A stretch of DNA of 24,000 bases from Candidatus Halocynthiibacter alkanivorans (GTDB taxonomy: Bacteria; Pseudomonadota; Alphaproteobacteria; Rhodobacterales; Rhodobacteraceae). This document shows positions 8,073 through 17,184 of the stretch, one piece after another; the first letter of the stretch is position 1, and each line of letters starts with the position of its first letter. The notes beneath the pieces are model-generated. The model was not told the origin of the DNA, did not search any database, and was given only the letters and a program-made list of their open reading frames with translations. Position numbers and translations under genes: made by a program. The DNA is taken from the NCBI RefSeq assembly GCF_003333265.1, contig NZ_QOLB01000034.1:38452-62451 (forward strand). Reading direction: 5' to 3'.

Positions 8073-10532
8073 TCAGCACCTGATGCGCTGCATTGAGGGA
8101 TCCAGCAGTGGTTTTAAAGAGGCCGTGGCCTTGATCCGCTCTCCCGCCACGTCAATCTCCCAGGCGCCCTGATTGACGATATCGGCGGTCAACGGTTCAT
8201 CCAGAGTGGCAAACCCAATACCGACAGCGCCGCCCAAAGTGTGGCCATAGCCGCCAACTTGCAAATAACCCACCTCAACGCCGTTCAGCAAGATCAGCTC
8301 ATTGCCATAGAGCAGCGGCTCGGGATCTTGCAGCAGGAATTGCAGCATCCGGTTGTTCGGCACGCCCTTCGATTTGATCGCAGCCAGCGCGTCGCGGCCA
8401 ATGAAGCCGCCTGGTTTGTCCAGTTTTACTGCAAAACCAAGACCCGCCTCGATCGGGTTGTCGGTGTTGTCCACATCTAGCCCAAAATCGCGGTAGGCTT
8501 TTTCCAGCCGCAGAGAGTTCAGTGTTTGCATGCCGGCCTGCCGCAGACCAAATTCGCCACCCGCCTCGACCAGCAGGTCAAAAACCTGCACCGCGTGGAT
8601 CGCGGGCACATGTAATTCCCAGCCAAGCTCTCCGACAAATGTCACCCGCAGTGCGAGGATGTTGAAATAGCCCACATCGATATTCTGCGCGCTCATGAAG
8701 GGGAACGCGTCATTGCTCAGGTCGGTTGAGCTGACTTTCTGCATCAACTCGCGCGCCTTTGGGCCATGGATGTTGATCTGAGTGACGCCAGGCGTGGCGT
8801 CAAAGATTGCCACGAATTCGCCCTCGCCGATATGGCGACGCATGCGCATTTCTGTGTGACCGTGTGAATTTTCACCGACCACAATCATAAATTTCTCGAC
8901 TTCCAGCCGGGTCACTGTCAGATCCGCCTCAAAACCGCCAGCCTCATTCACCCATGCGGTATAGACAATACGGCCGGGCGCCACATCCACGTCGTTGCAA
9001 CTGAGACGGTTGAGAAGTGCACAGGAATCGCGGCCCTGGACGATGAATTTTGACATGCTGGACATGTCCATCAGGATCACATCTTCACGTGCAGCACGGT
9101 GTTCTTCGGCGTGCCACTCGAACCAGTTCTGGCGGAACCAACTGTAGCGTTCAACGCTGGCCTGCGCGGGTATTGGTGCGAACCAGTCCGGCATTTCCCA
9201 GCCAAGGCCTTCGGTAAAACAGGCGCCGGCAGCGGCCAGCCGGTCATGGATGACGGAGCGTTTCAAGTCGCGCGCGGTTTCAAAGGCCTCGTTGTGGTAA
9301 TGTTGGCCGAACATTTTCCCCAACAGTTCAGGACCCCGGTCGCGGCGGAAGGCGCGGGTGGCTTCGTTTCTGGAAAACCGGTTCACATTCATGCCGGTGA
9401 CGTCAATCTTGGGAATGCCGTCGACGATCCAGTGCGCCAGAACTTTGCCGGTCCCAGCCCCGTTCAGAATGCCCAGCGAATTCATGCCGCAGGCCACAAA
9501 ACAATTGCGCAATTCGGGCGTTTCACCCACCAGTGGGGCAAGATCCGGAGTAAAGCTTTCCGGCCCGCAGAACAGTTTGCGCACACCGGTGTTGAGTGTT
9601 GACGGCACCCGGGAATAGGCGCGTTCGAGATGGGGGCCGACCCGGTCCCAGTCGGGTTCGATTTCACCAAACGAAAAGTCCTCAGGAATACCGTCAAGCT
9701 TCCACGGGGCCGCGCCAGGTTCAAACAGCCCCAGCATTAGCCCGCCCACCTCTTCGCGGTAATAGGTGTAGGTTGAAGGGTCTTCGAGAACCGGCAGGTC
9801 ACGTGGAAGCCCTTCGATGTTCTCGGTGATCAGGTAATAGTGCTCGGCGGCCTGCAGGGGCAGATTGATGCCAGCTTTGGCACCCAGTTGCCGCGACCAC
9901 ATCCCGCCGCAAATAACGACATTTTCCGCAGTGATGGTCTGACCGTCTGCCGTGCGCACGCCGGTTGCGGTGCCATTTTTAGCAATGATTTCAGCGACGT
10001 TGACACCTTCAAAGATCCGCGCCCCACCCATGCGTGCGCCTTTGGCAAGTGACATGGTCAGGTCAACCGGGTTCGCCCGGCCGTCTTCTGGTATGTAGAA
10101 CCCCGCCAACACATCACTGAGATCACCAATGGGAAACAGCTGCTGCGCTTCCCCGGGCGAGACTTCGTGAATGTTGATGCCGTGACGCCGCATGAAGGGG
10201 GCTAGCCGGCGCATTTCATGCACGCGTTCTTCGTTATTGGCGATCTGCAAATAGCCGACGTCGCGAAATCCGGTGGGGAGCCCGGTCTCCGCCTCAAGAC
10301 TGGCATAAAGATCACGGCCATGGGTGTAGATCTCACATTCGGCCTCCGTCTTCAGAAGACCTGCTACAATCAGCCCTGCCGCGTGCCACGTTGTGCCGCT
10401 TGTCAGCCGGTCACGCTCCAACACCACCACATCCGTCATGCCCAGTTTGGTCAGATGGTAAGCCGTATTACAACCTATGGAGCCGCCACCGATAATCACG
10501 GTCTGGGCGTGTGTTGGAAGTGGATTATTCAT
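8073..10532 (-). CDS. Dimethylglycine/sarcosine dehydrogenase-family flavoprotein (N-terminal DAO FAD domain plus C-terminal GcvT-like folate-binding aminomethyltransferase domain)
   Basis: About 819 aa from ATG 10532 (AGGAG lies 7 nt upstream; the track start at 10559 is 9 codons further up). FAD fold VIIGGGSIGCNTAYHL. SGTTWHAAGL matches the covalent-FAD histidine context of DMGDH-type enzymes. The long C-terminal part has GcvT-like features. Confidence 0.8.
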   Translation of the reverse strand: MNNPLPTHAQTVIIGGGSIGCNTAYHLTKLGMTDVVVLERDRLTSGTTWHAAGLIVAGLLKTEAECEIYTHGRDLYASLEAETGLPTGFRDVGYLQIANNEERVHEMRRLAPFMRRHGINIHEVSPGEAQQLFPIGDLSDVLAGFYIPEDGRANPVDLTMSLAKGARMGGARIFEGVNVAEIIAKNGTATGVRTADGQTITAENVVICGGMWSRQLGAKAGINLPLQAAEHYYLITENIEGLPRDLPVLEDPSTYTYYREEVGGLMLGLFEPGAAPWKLDGIPEDFSFGEIEPDWDRVGPHLERAYSRVPSTLNTGVRKLFCGPESFTPDLAPLVGETPELRNCFVACGMNSLGILNGAGTGKVLAHWIVDGIPKIDVTGMNVNRFSRNEATRAFRRDRGPELLGKMFGQHYHNEAFETARDLKRSVIHDRLAAAGACFTEGLGWEMPDWFAPIPAQASVERYSWFRQNWFEWHAEEHRAAREDVILMDMSSMSKFIVQGRDSCALLNRLSCNDVDVAPGRIVYTAWVNEAGGFEADLTVTRLEVEKFMIVVGENSHGHTEMRMRRHIGEGEFVAIFDATPGVTQINIHGPKARELMQKVSSTDLSNDAFPFMSAQNIDVGYFNILALRVTFVGELGWELHVPAIHAVQVFDLLVEAGGEFGLRQAGMQTLNSLRLEKAYRDFGLDVDNTDNPIEAGLGFAVKLDKPGGFIGRDALAAIKSKGVPNNRMLQFLLQDPEPLLYGNELILLNGVEVGYLQVGGYGHTLGGAVGIGFATLDEPLTADIVNQGAWEIDVAGERIKATASLKPLLDPSMQRIRC

Positions 10533-10597
10533 CGTGCGGCTCCTGCAGGGATTCGGCATCTGATAAATTATGGGTTTGACTTGCCACGAAAATCAAC

Positions 10598-10623
10598 CCA
10601 CTGATTGAATGAACATTCAGTGG
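10598..10623. promoter_or_regulatory. Inverted repeat CCACTGATTG-N6-CATTCAGTGG; candidate TetR operator in a divergent promoter region
   Basis: The 10-bp arms match at 9 of 10 positions by direct reading. It lies in the 100-bp region between the DMGDH-like gene and the TetR gene. It abuts or overlaps the TetR ribosome-binding site and the alternative start at 10609. Confidence 0.45.
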
Positions 10624-10632
10624 AGTTGCCAG

Positions 10633-11277
10633 ATGGTTGACGCAAAAACCAAAAAACCACAACGCACCGCGCCGCCGGAAATACGACGCAAGCAGTTGAT
10701 CGAAGCAACAATCACCTCAATTAGCCAGAACGGTATCCCGGGAACCACCATGACGACGGTTACTCGCCAGGCGGGGCTCTCCCTTGGACTGGTGAATTTC
10801 CACTTTAAGAACAAAGACAACCTGCTCGAGGAAACTCTGAGGTTTCTGGCCGAAGAACATCGGGACCGGTGGGCGAATAAGATCTCCAGGCCCGGCCTGA
10901 GCGCGGCACAGAAGGTAAATGCCATCATCGATGCGCAGTTCCACCCGCATATTTGCAGTCGTAAAAAGTTAACGGTGTGGTTCGCATTTTTTGGCGAGGC
11001 GGCGTATCGCAAGTCCTACCGCAGCATCACCACGCGGATAGACGCCGAACGGTTGGGGGTTCTTGAAGATCTGTTTCAGCAGATCATATCGGATGGCGAT
11101 AGTAAGGGGATTGATGCCAGGGGCGTCGCCAGCACCTTAGAAGGTCTTTTCGACGGGTTCTGGCTGAATATGCTGATGTATCCGGTCAAGTTTACGCGCG
11201 CAGATGCGGTGAAACAGATCCGCACTTACCTGGCCACGACTTTCCCGTCCCATTTTCAACGGGTTAGGGCGGTATGA
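10633..11277 (+). CDS. TetR-family transcriptional regulator, BetI-like
   Basis: HTH region RRKQLIEATITSISQNGIPGTTMTTVTRQAGLSLGLVNFHFKNKDNLL. The C-terminal features (WFAFFGEA, LFDGFWLN) resemble BetI-type regulators. I chose ATG 10633 (GGAG lies 7 nt upstream); ATG 10609 is also possible. The stop overlaps the next start (ATGA at 11274-11277). Confidence 0.8.
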   Translation: MVDAKTKKPQRTAPPEIRRKQLIEATITSISQNGIPGTTMTTVTRQAGLSLGLVNFHFKNKDNLLEETLRFLAEEHRDRWANKISRPGLSAAQKVNAIIDAQFHPHICSRKKLTVWFAFFGEAAYRKSYRSITTRIDAERLGVLEDLFQQIISDGDSKGIDARGVASTLEGLFDGFWLNMLMYPVKFTRADAVKQIRTYLATTFPSHFQRVRAV

Positions 11278-13328
11278 GCCGGGACCCGCGTTACGATATC
11301 CTGTTTGAGCCGGTCCGGATCGGGCCGGTGGTGGCAAAGAACCGTTTCTATCAGGTGCCCCATTGCACCGGCATGGGGGCGTTGCGTCCGCAAATGCTTG
11401 CGGAAATGCGCGGCGTGAAAGCCGAGGGTGGCTGGGGCGTCGTCTGTACCGAGTATAATTCGATCCATGCCAGTTCGGACGATTTGCCCCATCCATCTGC
11501 CGCTCTGTGGACGGACAATGACATCCGCACCCATCGGTTGATGACGGACAAAGTTCATGAGCACAGCGCGTTGGCGGGGGCGGAGCTGTGGTACGGTGGC
11601 GCGCGCACGGCGAACCTGATGACCCGCGAGGTGCCGCTGGATCTGGCCAGTTTTCCGAACCTGGCAGGTCACCCGTATCAGACCCAGGCCATGGACAAAT
11701 CCGACATCCGCAACTTTCGCCACTGGCATCGCAACGCCGCATTACGCGCGAAAGAGGCCGGTTTTGATATCGTCTATGTCTATGCCACCCACGGGTATCT
11801 TATCTCTAACTTTTTGAATCCGCACATGAATACCCGTGGCGATGAATATGGTGGATCGCTGGAAAACCGCACACGACTGGTGCGGGAGTTGATTGAGGAA
11901 ACAAAAGATGCCGTCGGTGACACTTGTGCCGTCGCGGTGCGGTTTGCGGCAGATGAAACGATTGGTGAAGACGGGGTGCCGGTTCATGGCGAGCGGCGCG
12001 AGATGTTTGAGATGCTGGCAGAGCTTCCGGATCTCTGGGATATCAATATTGCCGACTATTCTCTGGAGATGGGTGTCTCGCGTTTTGTGAAAGAAGCGCC
12101 GCTGGAACCCTATATGGATTTTGTGAAATCGGTGACCTCAAAACCGGTGGTGACTGTGGGCCGGTTTACCTCGCCTGACACGATGGTCAGCCAGGTAAAA
12201 CGGGGGATCACCGACCTGATCGGTGCGGCGCGTCCGTCCATTGCTGATCCGTTTCTGCCCGCCAAGATAAAGGCCGGAAAACTCGAGGAAATTCGCGAGT
12301 GTATTGGCTGCAATGTCTGTTACTCGGGTGACAGTCTTGGGGTGCCGATCCGCTGCACTCAGAACCCGACTATGGGCGAAGAATGGCGCAAAGGTTGGCA
12401 CCCGGAAAAGATCGCTGCAAAGGGCTCAGACACAAGGGTGTTGATCGTTGGGGCCGGGCCTGCCGGGCTGGAAGCGGCGCGGGCATTGGGGGCGCGGGGG
12501 TATGAGGTTATGCTGGCTGAGGCCCGTCGGAATTTGGGGGGGCGTGTCAGTCTGGAAAGCACACTTCCGGGCATGAGTGAATATGCCCGGGTGCGGGATT
12601 ATCGTGAACAACAACTGCTGAATATGCCAAATGTCGCCGTTTTCCGCGAGAGCCTCATGACGGCAGAAGACATTTTTGAGCTCGGAGTGGACCACGTTGC
12701 GATTGCCACGGGTTCCAGCTGGCGACGGGATCGGTTTGACGGTGAAGCCTATGTTTCCATTACACAAACCGGTGTCGAAATCCTGACGCCAGACGATATC
12801 ATGGCGGGCAAAATGCCTGCGGGTCCAACACTGATTTATGACGAAGACAACTACTATATGGGTGGGGTAATTGCGGAACGTGTTTTGCGGGGAAATGTGC
12901 CTGTAACACTGGCAACTCCGTCTGACAGTGTGTCGGCCTGGGCTGGGATGACGTCGGAGCGCTGGCGGGTGCGCAAACATCTGATGAAACTGGGTGTGGC
13001 GTTGGAGCTGTCGCAGAGTCTTGAGAGCTTTGACGGCAGCGCCGCGCGTCTTGTCTGTGAATATTCGGGTGCTGTGAAGGAGCTGGCGGTTACCTCCGTT
13101 GTAATGGTCTGTCAGCGCCGGCCGGAAGACGGGTTGTATCAAAGCCTCGCCCGCAAAGTTGGTGGTGATTTCAAAGACCTACCCTTCACCCTTAAGCGGA
13201 TTGGCGATTGCCAGGCGCCAGCGATTATAGCGGCTGCGACCTATGCCGGGCACCGGTATGCGCGAGAACTTGATGCGCCTGCGGAGCCGGATCAGGTGGC
13301 AAAACGGGACCTGTCAGAGCGCCGCTAG
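11274..13328 (+). CDS. Trimethylamine/dimethylamine/histamine dehydrogenase-family enzyme (FMN OYE-like domain, 4Fe-4S cluster, ADP-binding domain); substrate unknown
   Basis: 684 aa. The N-terminus SRDPRYDILFEPVRIGP...NRFYQVPHCTGMG includes the Cys that carries 6-S-cysteinyl-FMN in TMADH. The Fe-S motif is CIGCNVCYSGDSLGVPIRC. The Rossmann motif is VLIVGAGPAGLEAARAL. Other conserved segments include YGGSLENR and ARPSIADPFLP. Confidence 0.85.
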   Translation: MSRDPRYDILFEPVRIGPVVAKNRFYQVPHCTGMGALRPQMLAEMRGVKAEGGWGVVCTEYNSIHASSDDLPHPSAALWTDNDIRTHRLMTDKVHEHSALAGAELWYGGARTANLMTREVPLDLASFPNLAGHPYQTQAMDKSDIRNFRHWHRNAALRAKEAGFDIVYVYATHGYLISNFLNPHMNTRGDEYGGSLENRTRLVRELIEETKDAVGDTCAVAVRFAADETIGEDGVPVHGERREMFEMLAELPDLWDINIADYSLEMGVSRFVKEAPLEPYMDFVKSVTSKPVVTVGRFTSPDTMVSQVKRGITDLIGAARPSIADPFLPAKIKAGKLEEIRECIGCNVCYSGDSLGVPIRCTQNPTMGEEWRKGWHPEKIAAKGSDTRVLIVGAGPAGLEAARALGARGYEVMLAEARRNLGGRVSLESTLPGMSEYARVRDYREQQLLNMPNVAVFRESLMTAEDIFELGVDHVAIATGSSWRRDRFDGEAYVSITQTGVEILTPDDIMAGKMPAGPTLIYDEDNYYMGGVIAERVLRGNVPVTLATPSDSVSAWAGMTSERWRVRKHLMKLGVALELSQSLESFDGSAARLVCEYSGAVKELAVTSVVMVCQRRPEDGLYQSLARKVGGDFKDLPFTLKRIGDCQAPAIIAAATYAGHRYARELDAPAEPDQVAKRDLSERR

Positions 13329-13844
13329 AGGCGGTGTCAACTGAGCACATCGGGGTGGCGTATTCCCAATTTTTTGGCAGTTTTGTGGCTGGGAGGCCCG
13401 GACCCAAAGCGCGGTAGCTTCAAGCTTTGTCAGGGGCTGCGAACTTATGTGAAAATTGCACATTTCAGCGCGCGGGTTATGCAAAACCGGAGCCAAACCG
13501 AGAACATGTTTTGTCTGCCGCTGCGGCGGTGAGTCCTTTTGGCAGTTCCGGGAGGGCGAAAGCGGGTCAGGCCAGGGACCACGAATGAGACGACGGCGCG
13601 GCCTGGGAGCGCTGAGCTGCGCTGAGCACCGGGAGTTTGTCCTGAACGGCTTAGACCCGGGACCTGCGTTGGAGCGCGCGAAAATATCGTTAAATCCTGA
13701 AGGCGACGGCGTGGGCCAGATCGCTCGGCCGCCACATGGGCCGATCTGTTGCAGCAGCTCTGTTCAGACCCGTCGGTAAGTTGTGATCTGCGCTCTGATA
13801 TGTTACGATATTTTGAATGACGTGAGGATTGAGTAACGTAATTG

Positions 13845-13886
13845 TTGCATCTTCTCACCCGCCGGTATATCACCGACCGTACGGTC
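13845..13886 (+). promoter_or_regulatory. Putative paaJ-paaABCDE promoter with a palindromic operator (candidate PaaR site)
   Basis: TTGCAT (13845-13850), then a 15-16 nt spacer, then TATATC/ATATCA (13866-13872). Directly after comes ACCGACCGTACGGT (13872-13885), which contains the perfect 12-bp palindrome GACCGTACGGTC (13875-13886). This is 34 nt upstream of the paaJ ATG. A 12/14 match occurs at 22432-22445. Confidence 0.45.
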
Positions 13887-13919
13887 AGTTATTTCGGCGG
13901 TGCAGGGAGCGATATCGGT

Positions 13920-15122
13920 ATGGATGCTTTTATTTGTGATGCGGTGCGCACCGCCATCGGACGTTATGGTGGGGCTTTGTCATCCGTGCGGCCGGATGAT
14001 CTGGCGGCAGTGCCAATCGCAGCGCTGAAGGCGCGCAACCCGGATGTTGACTGGGCCAGCCTGGACGATGTTATCCTTGGTGCCGCCAATCAGGCCGGCG
14101 AGGACAACCGCAATGTGGCGCGTATGGCAGCATTACTAGCAGGCTTGCCGCTGGAAGTGCCAGGCACCACCATCAACCGGCTTTGTGCGTCGGGCATGGA
14201 TGCGGTGGGCATGGCGGCGCGCGGGATCCGCGCTGGCGATTATGATCTGGCGATTGCCGGCGGTGTGGAAAGCATGAGCCGGGCGCCCTTTGTGATGCCC
14301 AAGGCGGAGGCCGGGTTTTCCCGCGCCAACGCAGTTTATGACACCACCATCGGCTGGCGCTTTACCAATCCGAAGATGAAAGAGGCGGTCGGGGCGGACT
14401 CGATGCCGCAGACTGCGGACAATGTGGCCGCTGATTATGGTATCAGCCGCGCCGATCAGGACGCTTTTGCCGCCCGCAGCCAGGCCCGTTGGGCCCGGGC
14501 GCAGGCAGACGGTTTTTTCCGGGACGAGATCGTGCCGGTATCGGTGCCGCAACGCCGGGGCGATGCTGTGGTGGTGGACACCGATGAGCATCCGCGGCCA
14601 GGCACCACGGTCGAAAGCCTGTCCGGGCTGCGCGCAATCAATGGAGCAGATCTGACGGTGACGGCGGGCAATTCATCGGGGGTGAATGACGGTGCTGCGG
14701 CCATGTTGCTGGCCAGTGATGCCGCCGCCGCGCAAGATTCCCTGACGCCGATGGCGCGGGTGGTGGCGATGTCGGCTGCCGGTGTGGCGCCGCGTGTCAT
14801 GGGCATCGGACCGGTGCCGGCGGTGCGTAAAGTGCTGGCAAAAACCGGGCTGACGATTGGCCAGATGGATGTGATCGAGCTGAATGAGGCCTTTGCCAGC
14901 CAGGGGCTGGCGGTGCTGCGTGAACTGGGGTTGGCCGATGACGCAGAGCATGTGAACGCCAATGGCGGTGCCATCGCGATGGGGCATCCGCTGGGCATGT
15001 CGGGTGCGCGGCTGGTGTTGACGGCGGCGTATCAATTGCAGCGCAGTGGCGGGCGTTATGCGCTTTGCACCATGTGCGTGGGTGTCGGACAGGGTGTTGC
15101 CCTGATCCTGGAACGGGTTTGA
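13920..15122 (+). CDS. paaJ: 3-oxoadipyl-CoA/3-oxo-5,6-dehydrosuberyl-CoA thiolase (PaaJ/PcaF)
   Basis: 400 aa from ATG 13920 (the track start at 13842 adds 26 unconserved codons). The N-terminus [18 protein letters not shown] is typical. The active-site Cys sits in [10 protein letters not shown], and the C-terminal motifs are [17 protein letters not shown] and CVGVGQG. Confidence 0.9.
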   Translation: MDAFICDAVRTAIGRYGGALSSVRPDDLAAVPIAALKARNPDVDWASLDDVILGAANQAGEDNRNVARMAALLAGLPLEVPGTTINRLCASGMDAVGMAARGIRAGDYDLAIAGGVESMSRAPFVMPKAEAGFSRANAVYDTTIGWRFTNPKMKEAVGADSMPQTADNVAADYGISRADQDAFAARSQARWARAQADGFFRDEIVPVSVPQRRGDAVVVDTDEHPRPGTTVESLSGLRAINGADLTVTAGNSSGVNDGAAAMLLASDAAAAQDSLTPMARVVAMSAAGVAPRVMGIGPVPAVRKVLAKTGLTIGQMDVIELNEAFASQGLAVLRELGLADDAEHVNANGGAIAMGHPLGMSGARLVLTAAYQLQRSGGRYALCTMCVGVGQGVALILERV

Positions 15123-15135
15123 GAGGAGAGCGCGG

Positions 15136-16152
15136 ATGTATGCACAGATGGTGAAAACCTCCGGCAGCGGGGTGAAATCCCGCAGCGAGATGGGTGCCCA
15201 GGAGCAGGCGTTTCAGGCGCGCATTGATGCGGGGGACAAGATCGAACCCCGCGACTGGATGCCCGACGAGTACCGCAAAACCCTGATACGCCAGATCGGT
15301 CAGCACGCCCATTCCGAGATTGTGGGGCAATTGCCCGAGGGCAACTGGATCACCCGGGCGCCGACTTTGGAGCGCAAGGCGATCCTGCTGGCCAAGGTGC
15401 AGGATGAAGCCGGTCACGGGCTGTATCTATATTGCGCTGCTGAAACGCTGGGGGTGAGCCGGGATGAGCTGCTGACGGAACTGCACGCCGGGCGGATGAA
15501 ATATTCCTCGATCTTCAACTATCCGACGCTGAACTGGGCCGATATCGGTGCGGTGGGCTGGCTGGTGGACGGGGCGGCGATCGTCAATCAGGTGGCGTTG
15601 CAACGCACCTCATACGGTCCTTATTCCCGCGCCATGGTGCGGATCTGTAAAGAAGAGAGTTTCCACGCGCGTCAGGGTTTTGTCATCATGATGAAGATGG
15701 CCTCAGGCACGCCTGCACAAAGGGCGATGGCGCAGGATGCGCTGGACCGGCTGTGGTACCCGTCGCTGATGATGTTTGGCCCGTCTGATAAGGATTCAGT
15801 GCATTCGGAGCAGTCGATGGCCTGGAAGATCAAGGTCAAATCTAACGATGAGCTGCGGCAGAAATATGTCGATCAGACCATTCCGCAGATCGAATATCTC
15901 GGGCTGAAATGCCCGGATGCGGATATTCGCTGGAACGGTGAGAAAGGTGGGTATGACTTTTCTGAGCCGGACTGGGCGGAGTTTTATGAGGTGATCAAGG
16001 GCAACGGGCCTTGCAACAAAGAACGCCTTGGTGCGCGGGTGAAAGCCTGGGACGACGGGGAATGGGTGCGGGACGGGCTGATGGCCCATGCGCAGAAAAA
16101 AGCCGCTGCAAAACATGCAGCCGCACAGGAAGGATCCGGAAATGTCGAATGA
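15136..16152 (+). CDS. paaA: 1,2-phenylacetyl-CoA epoxidase, catalytic subunit A
   Basis: 338 aa. It is near-collinear with E. coli PaaA as I recall it ([90 protein letters not shown]). A GAGGAG Shine-Dalgarno lies upstream. A later start at 15190 is possible. Confidence 0.92.
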   Translation: MYAQMVKTSGSGVKSRSEMGAQEQAFQARIDAGDKIEPRDWMPDEYRKTLIRQIGQHAHSEIVGQLPEGNWITRAPTLERKAILLAKVQDEAGHGLYLYCAAETLGVSRDELLTELHAGRMKYSSIFNYPTLNWADIGAVGWLVDGAAIVNQVALQRTSYGPYSRAMVRICKEESFHARQGFVIMMKMASGTPAQRAMAQDALDRLWYPSLMMFGPSDKDSVHSEQSMAWKIKVKSNDELRQKYVDQTIPQIEYLGLKCPDADIRWNGEKGGYDFSEPDWAEFYEVIKGNGPCNKERLGARVKAWDDGEWVRDGLMAHAQKKAAAKHAAAQEGSGNVE

Positions 16153-16426
16153 ATGGCCGCTTTGGGAGATTTTTATCCGCGGGCAGCATGGCATGTCGCA
16201 CCGGCATGTGGGCAGCCTGCACGCACCGGACGCGGAGACAGCGATCAGGAACGGGCGCGATGTTTATACAAGGCGCAATGAGGGTGTCAGTATCTGGGCG
16301 GTGGAATCGGCGCATATTGCCGCCTCTGCGCCCGGGGACAAGGGACCGTATTACGACCCGTCCGACAGCAAGATCTACCGCCACCCGACGTTTTTCGACA
16401 TTCCTGATGAAGTGGGGTCGATGTAG
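16142..16426 (+). CDS. paaB: 1,2-phenylacetyl-CoA epoxidase subunit B
   Basis: 94 aa from ATG 16142, beginning [30 protein letters not shown] and ending YRHPTFF. AGGAAGGA Shine-Dalgarno upstream. It overlaps the paaA end by 11 nt. Confidence 0.9.
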   Translation: MSNEWPLWEIFIRGQHGMSHRHVGSLHAPDAETAIRNGRDVYTRRNEGVSIWAVESAHIAASAPGDKGPYYDPSDSKIYRHPTFFDIPDEVGSM

Positions 16427-17184
16427 TGGGCCGGAATGACGCGCTGTTTCAGTTTTTGTTGCGGCTGGGGGACAATACGCTGATCCTCAGCCACCGGGTG
16501 TCTCAGTGGTGCGGCCATGGGCCGGTGCTGGAAGAGGATATCGCGCTGGCCAATACCGCGCTGGATCTGATCGGGCAGACCCAGCTGTGGCTGGGGCTGG
16601 CGGGAGAGATTGAGGGCAATGGGCGCAGCGCCGATGATCTGGCCTATCTGCGCGATGCCTGGGATTTCCGCAATCTGTTGCTGGTCGAGCGGCCCAACGG
16701 GGATTTCGGTCAGACCATGATGCGGCAATTCCTGTTTGACGCCTGGCAGGTGTTGATGCTGGAACGTCTGATGGGGTCCGGTGATGCGCGCGTCGCGGCG
16801 ATTGCCGAGAAGGCCAGCAAAGAGGCGGCCTATCACCTGGAGCGTTCGTCGGGCACCGTCATTGGTCTTGGCGATGGCACTGAGGAAAGCCACCGGCGGA
16901 TGCAGGCGGCGCTGGAGGATCTCTGGCCCTATAGCGGCGAGATGTTTGTCGGCGATGAGGTCGACGAGGTGCTGGCGCAGGCGGGCATTGCGCCTGATGC
17001 GGGCTCCCTGAAAGAAGAATGGGAGCAGATGGTCGGGAACGTGCTGGCAGAGGCGACCTTGAGTGTGCCGGGGGCCGCATATGTACAGAAGGGCGGCAAA
17101 TCCGGCGTGCATACCGAACACCTGGGATTTGTGCTGGCGGAGATGCAGTTCCTGCAGCGCGCCTATCCGGGGGCGTCATGGTAG
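16426..17184 (+). CDS. paaC: 1,2-phenylacetyl-CoA epoxidase subunit C
   Basis: 252 aa with a GTG start that overlaps the paaB stop by 1 nt. LRLGDNTLILSHRVSQWCGHGPVLEEDIALANTALDLIGQ is typical of PaaC. Confidence 0.88.
   Translation: MGRNDALFQFLLRLGDNTLILSHRVSQWCGHGPVLEEDIALANTALDLIGQTQLWLGLAGEIEGNGRSADDLAYLRDAWDFRNLLLVERPNGDFGQTMMRQFLFDAWQVLMLERLMGSGDARVAAIAEKASKEAAYHLERSSGTVIGLGDGTEESHRRMQAALEDLWPYSGEMFVGDEVDEVLAQAGIAPDAGSLKEEWEQMVGNVLAEATLSVPGAAYVQKGGKSGVHTEHLGFVLAEMQFLQRAYPGASW

Noticed and set aside
13374-13390. Sigma-54-like -24/-12 element TTGGCAG-N5-TGGCT
   Set aside because: I mention it within the spacer finding but do not call it as a feature. It is a single imperfect match about 530 bp from the nearest downstream start, and the window has no enhancer-binding-protein gene. 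Chance matches like this are common.
13445-13873. 142-aa (minus) and 107-aa (plus, 13456-13779) ORFs in the long spacer
   Set aside because: Both are Arg/Cys/Ser/Pro-rich and low-complexity. Neither has a Shine-Dalgarno sequence or any recognisable family features, and they overlap each other. I do not consider either a supportable gene.
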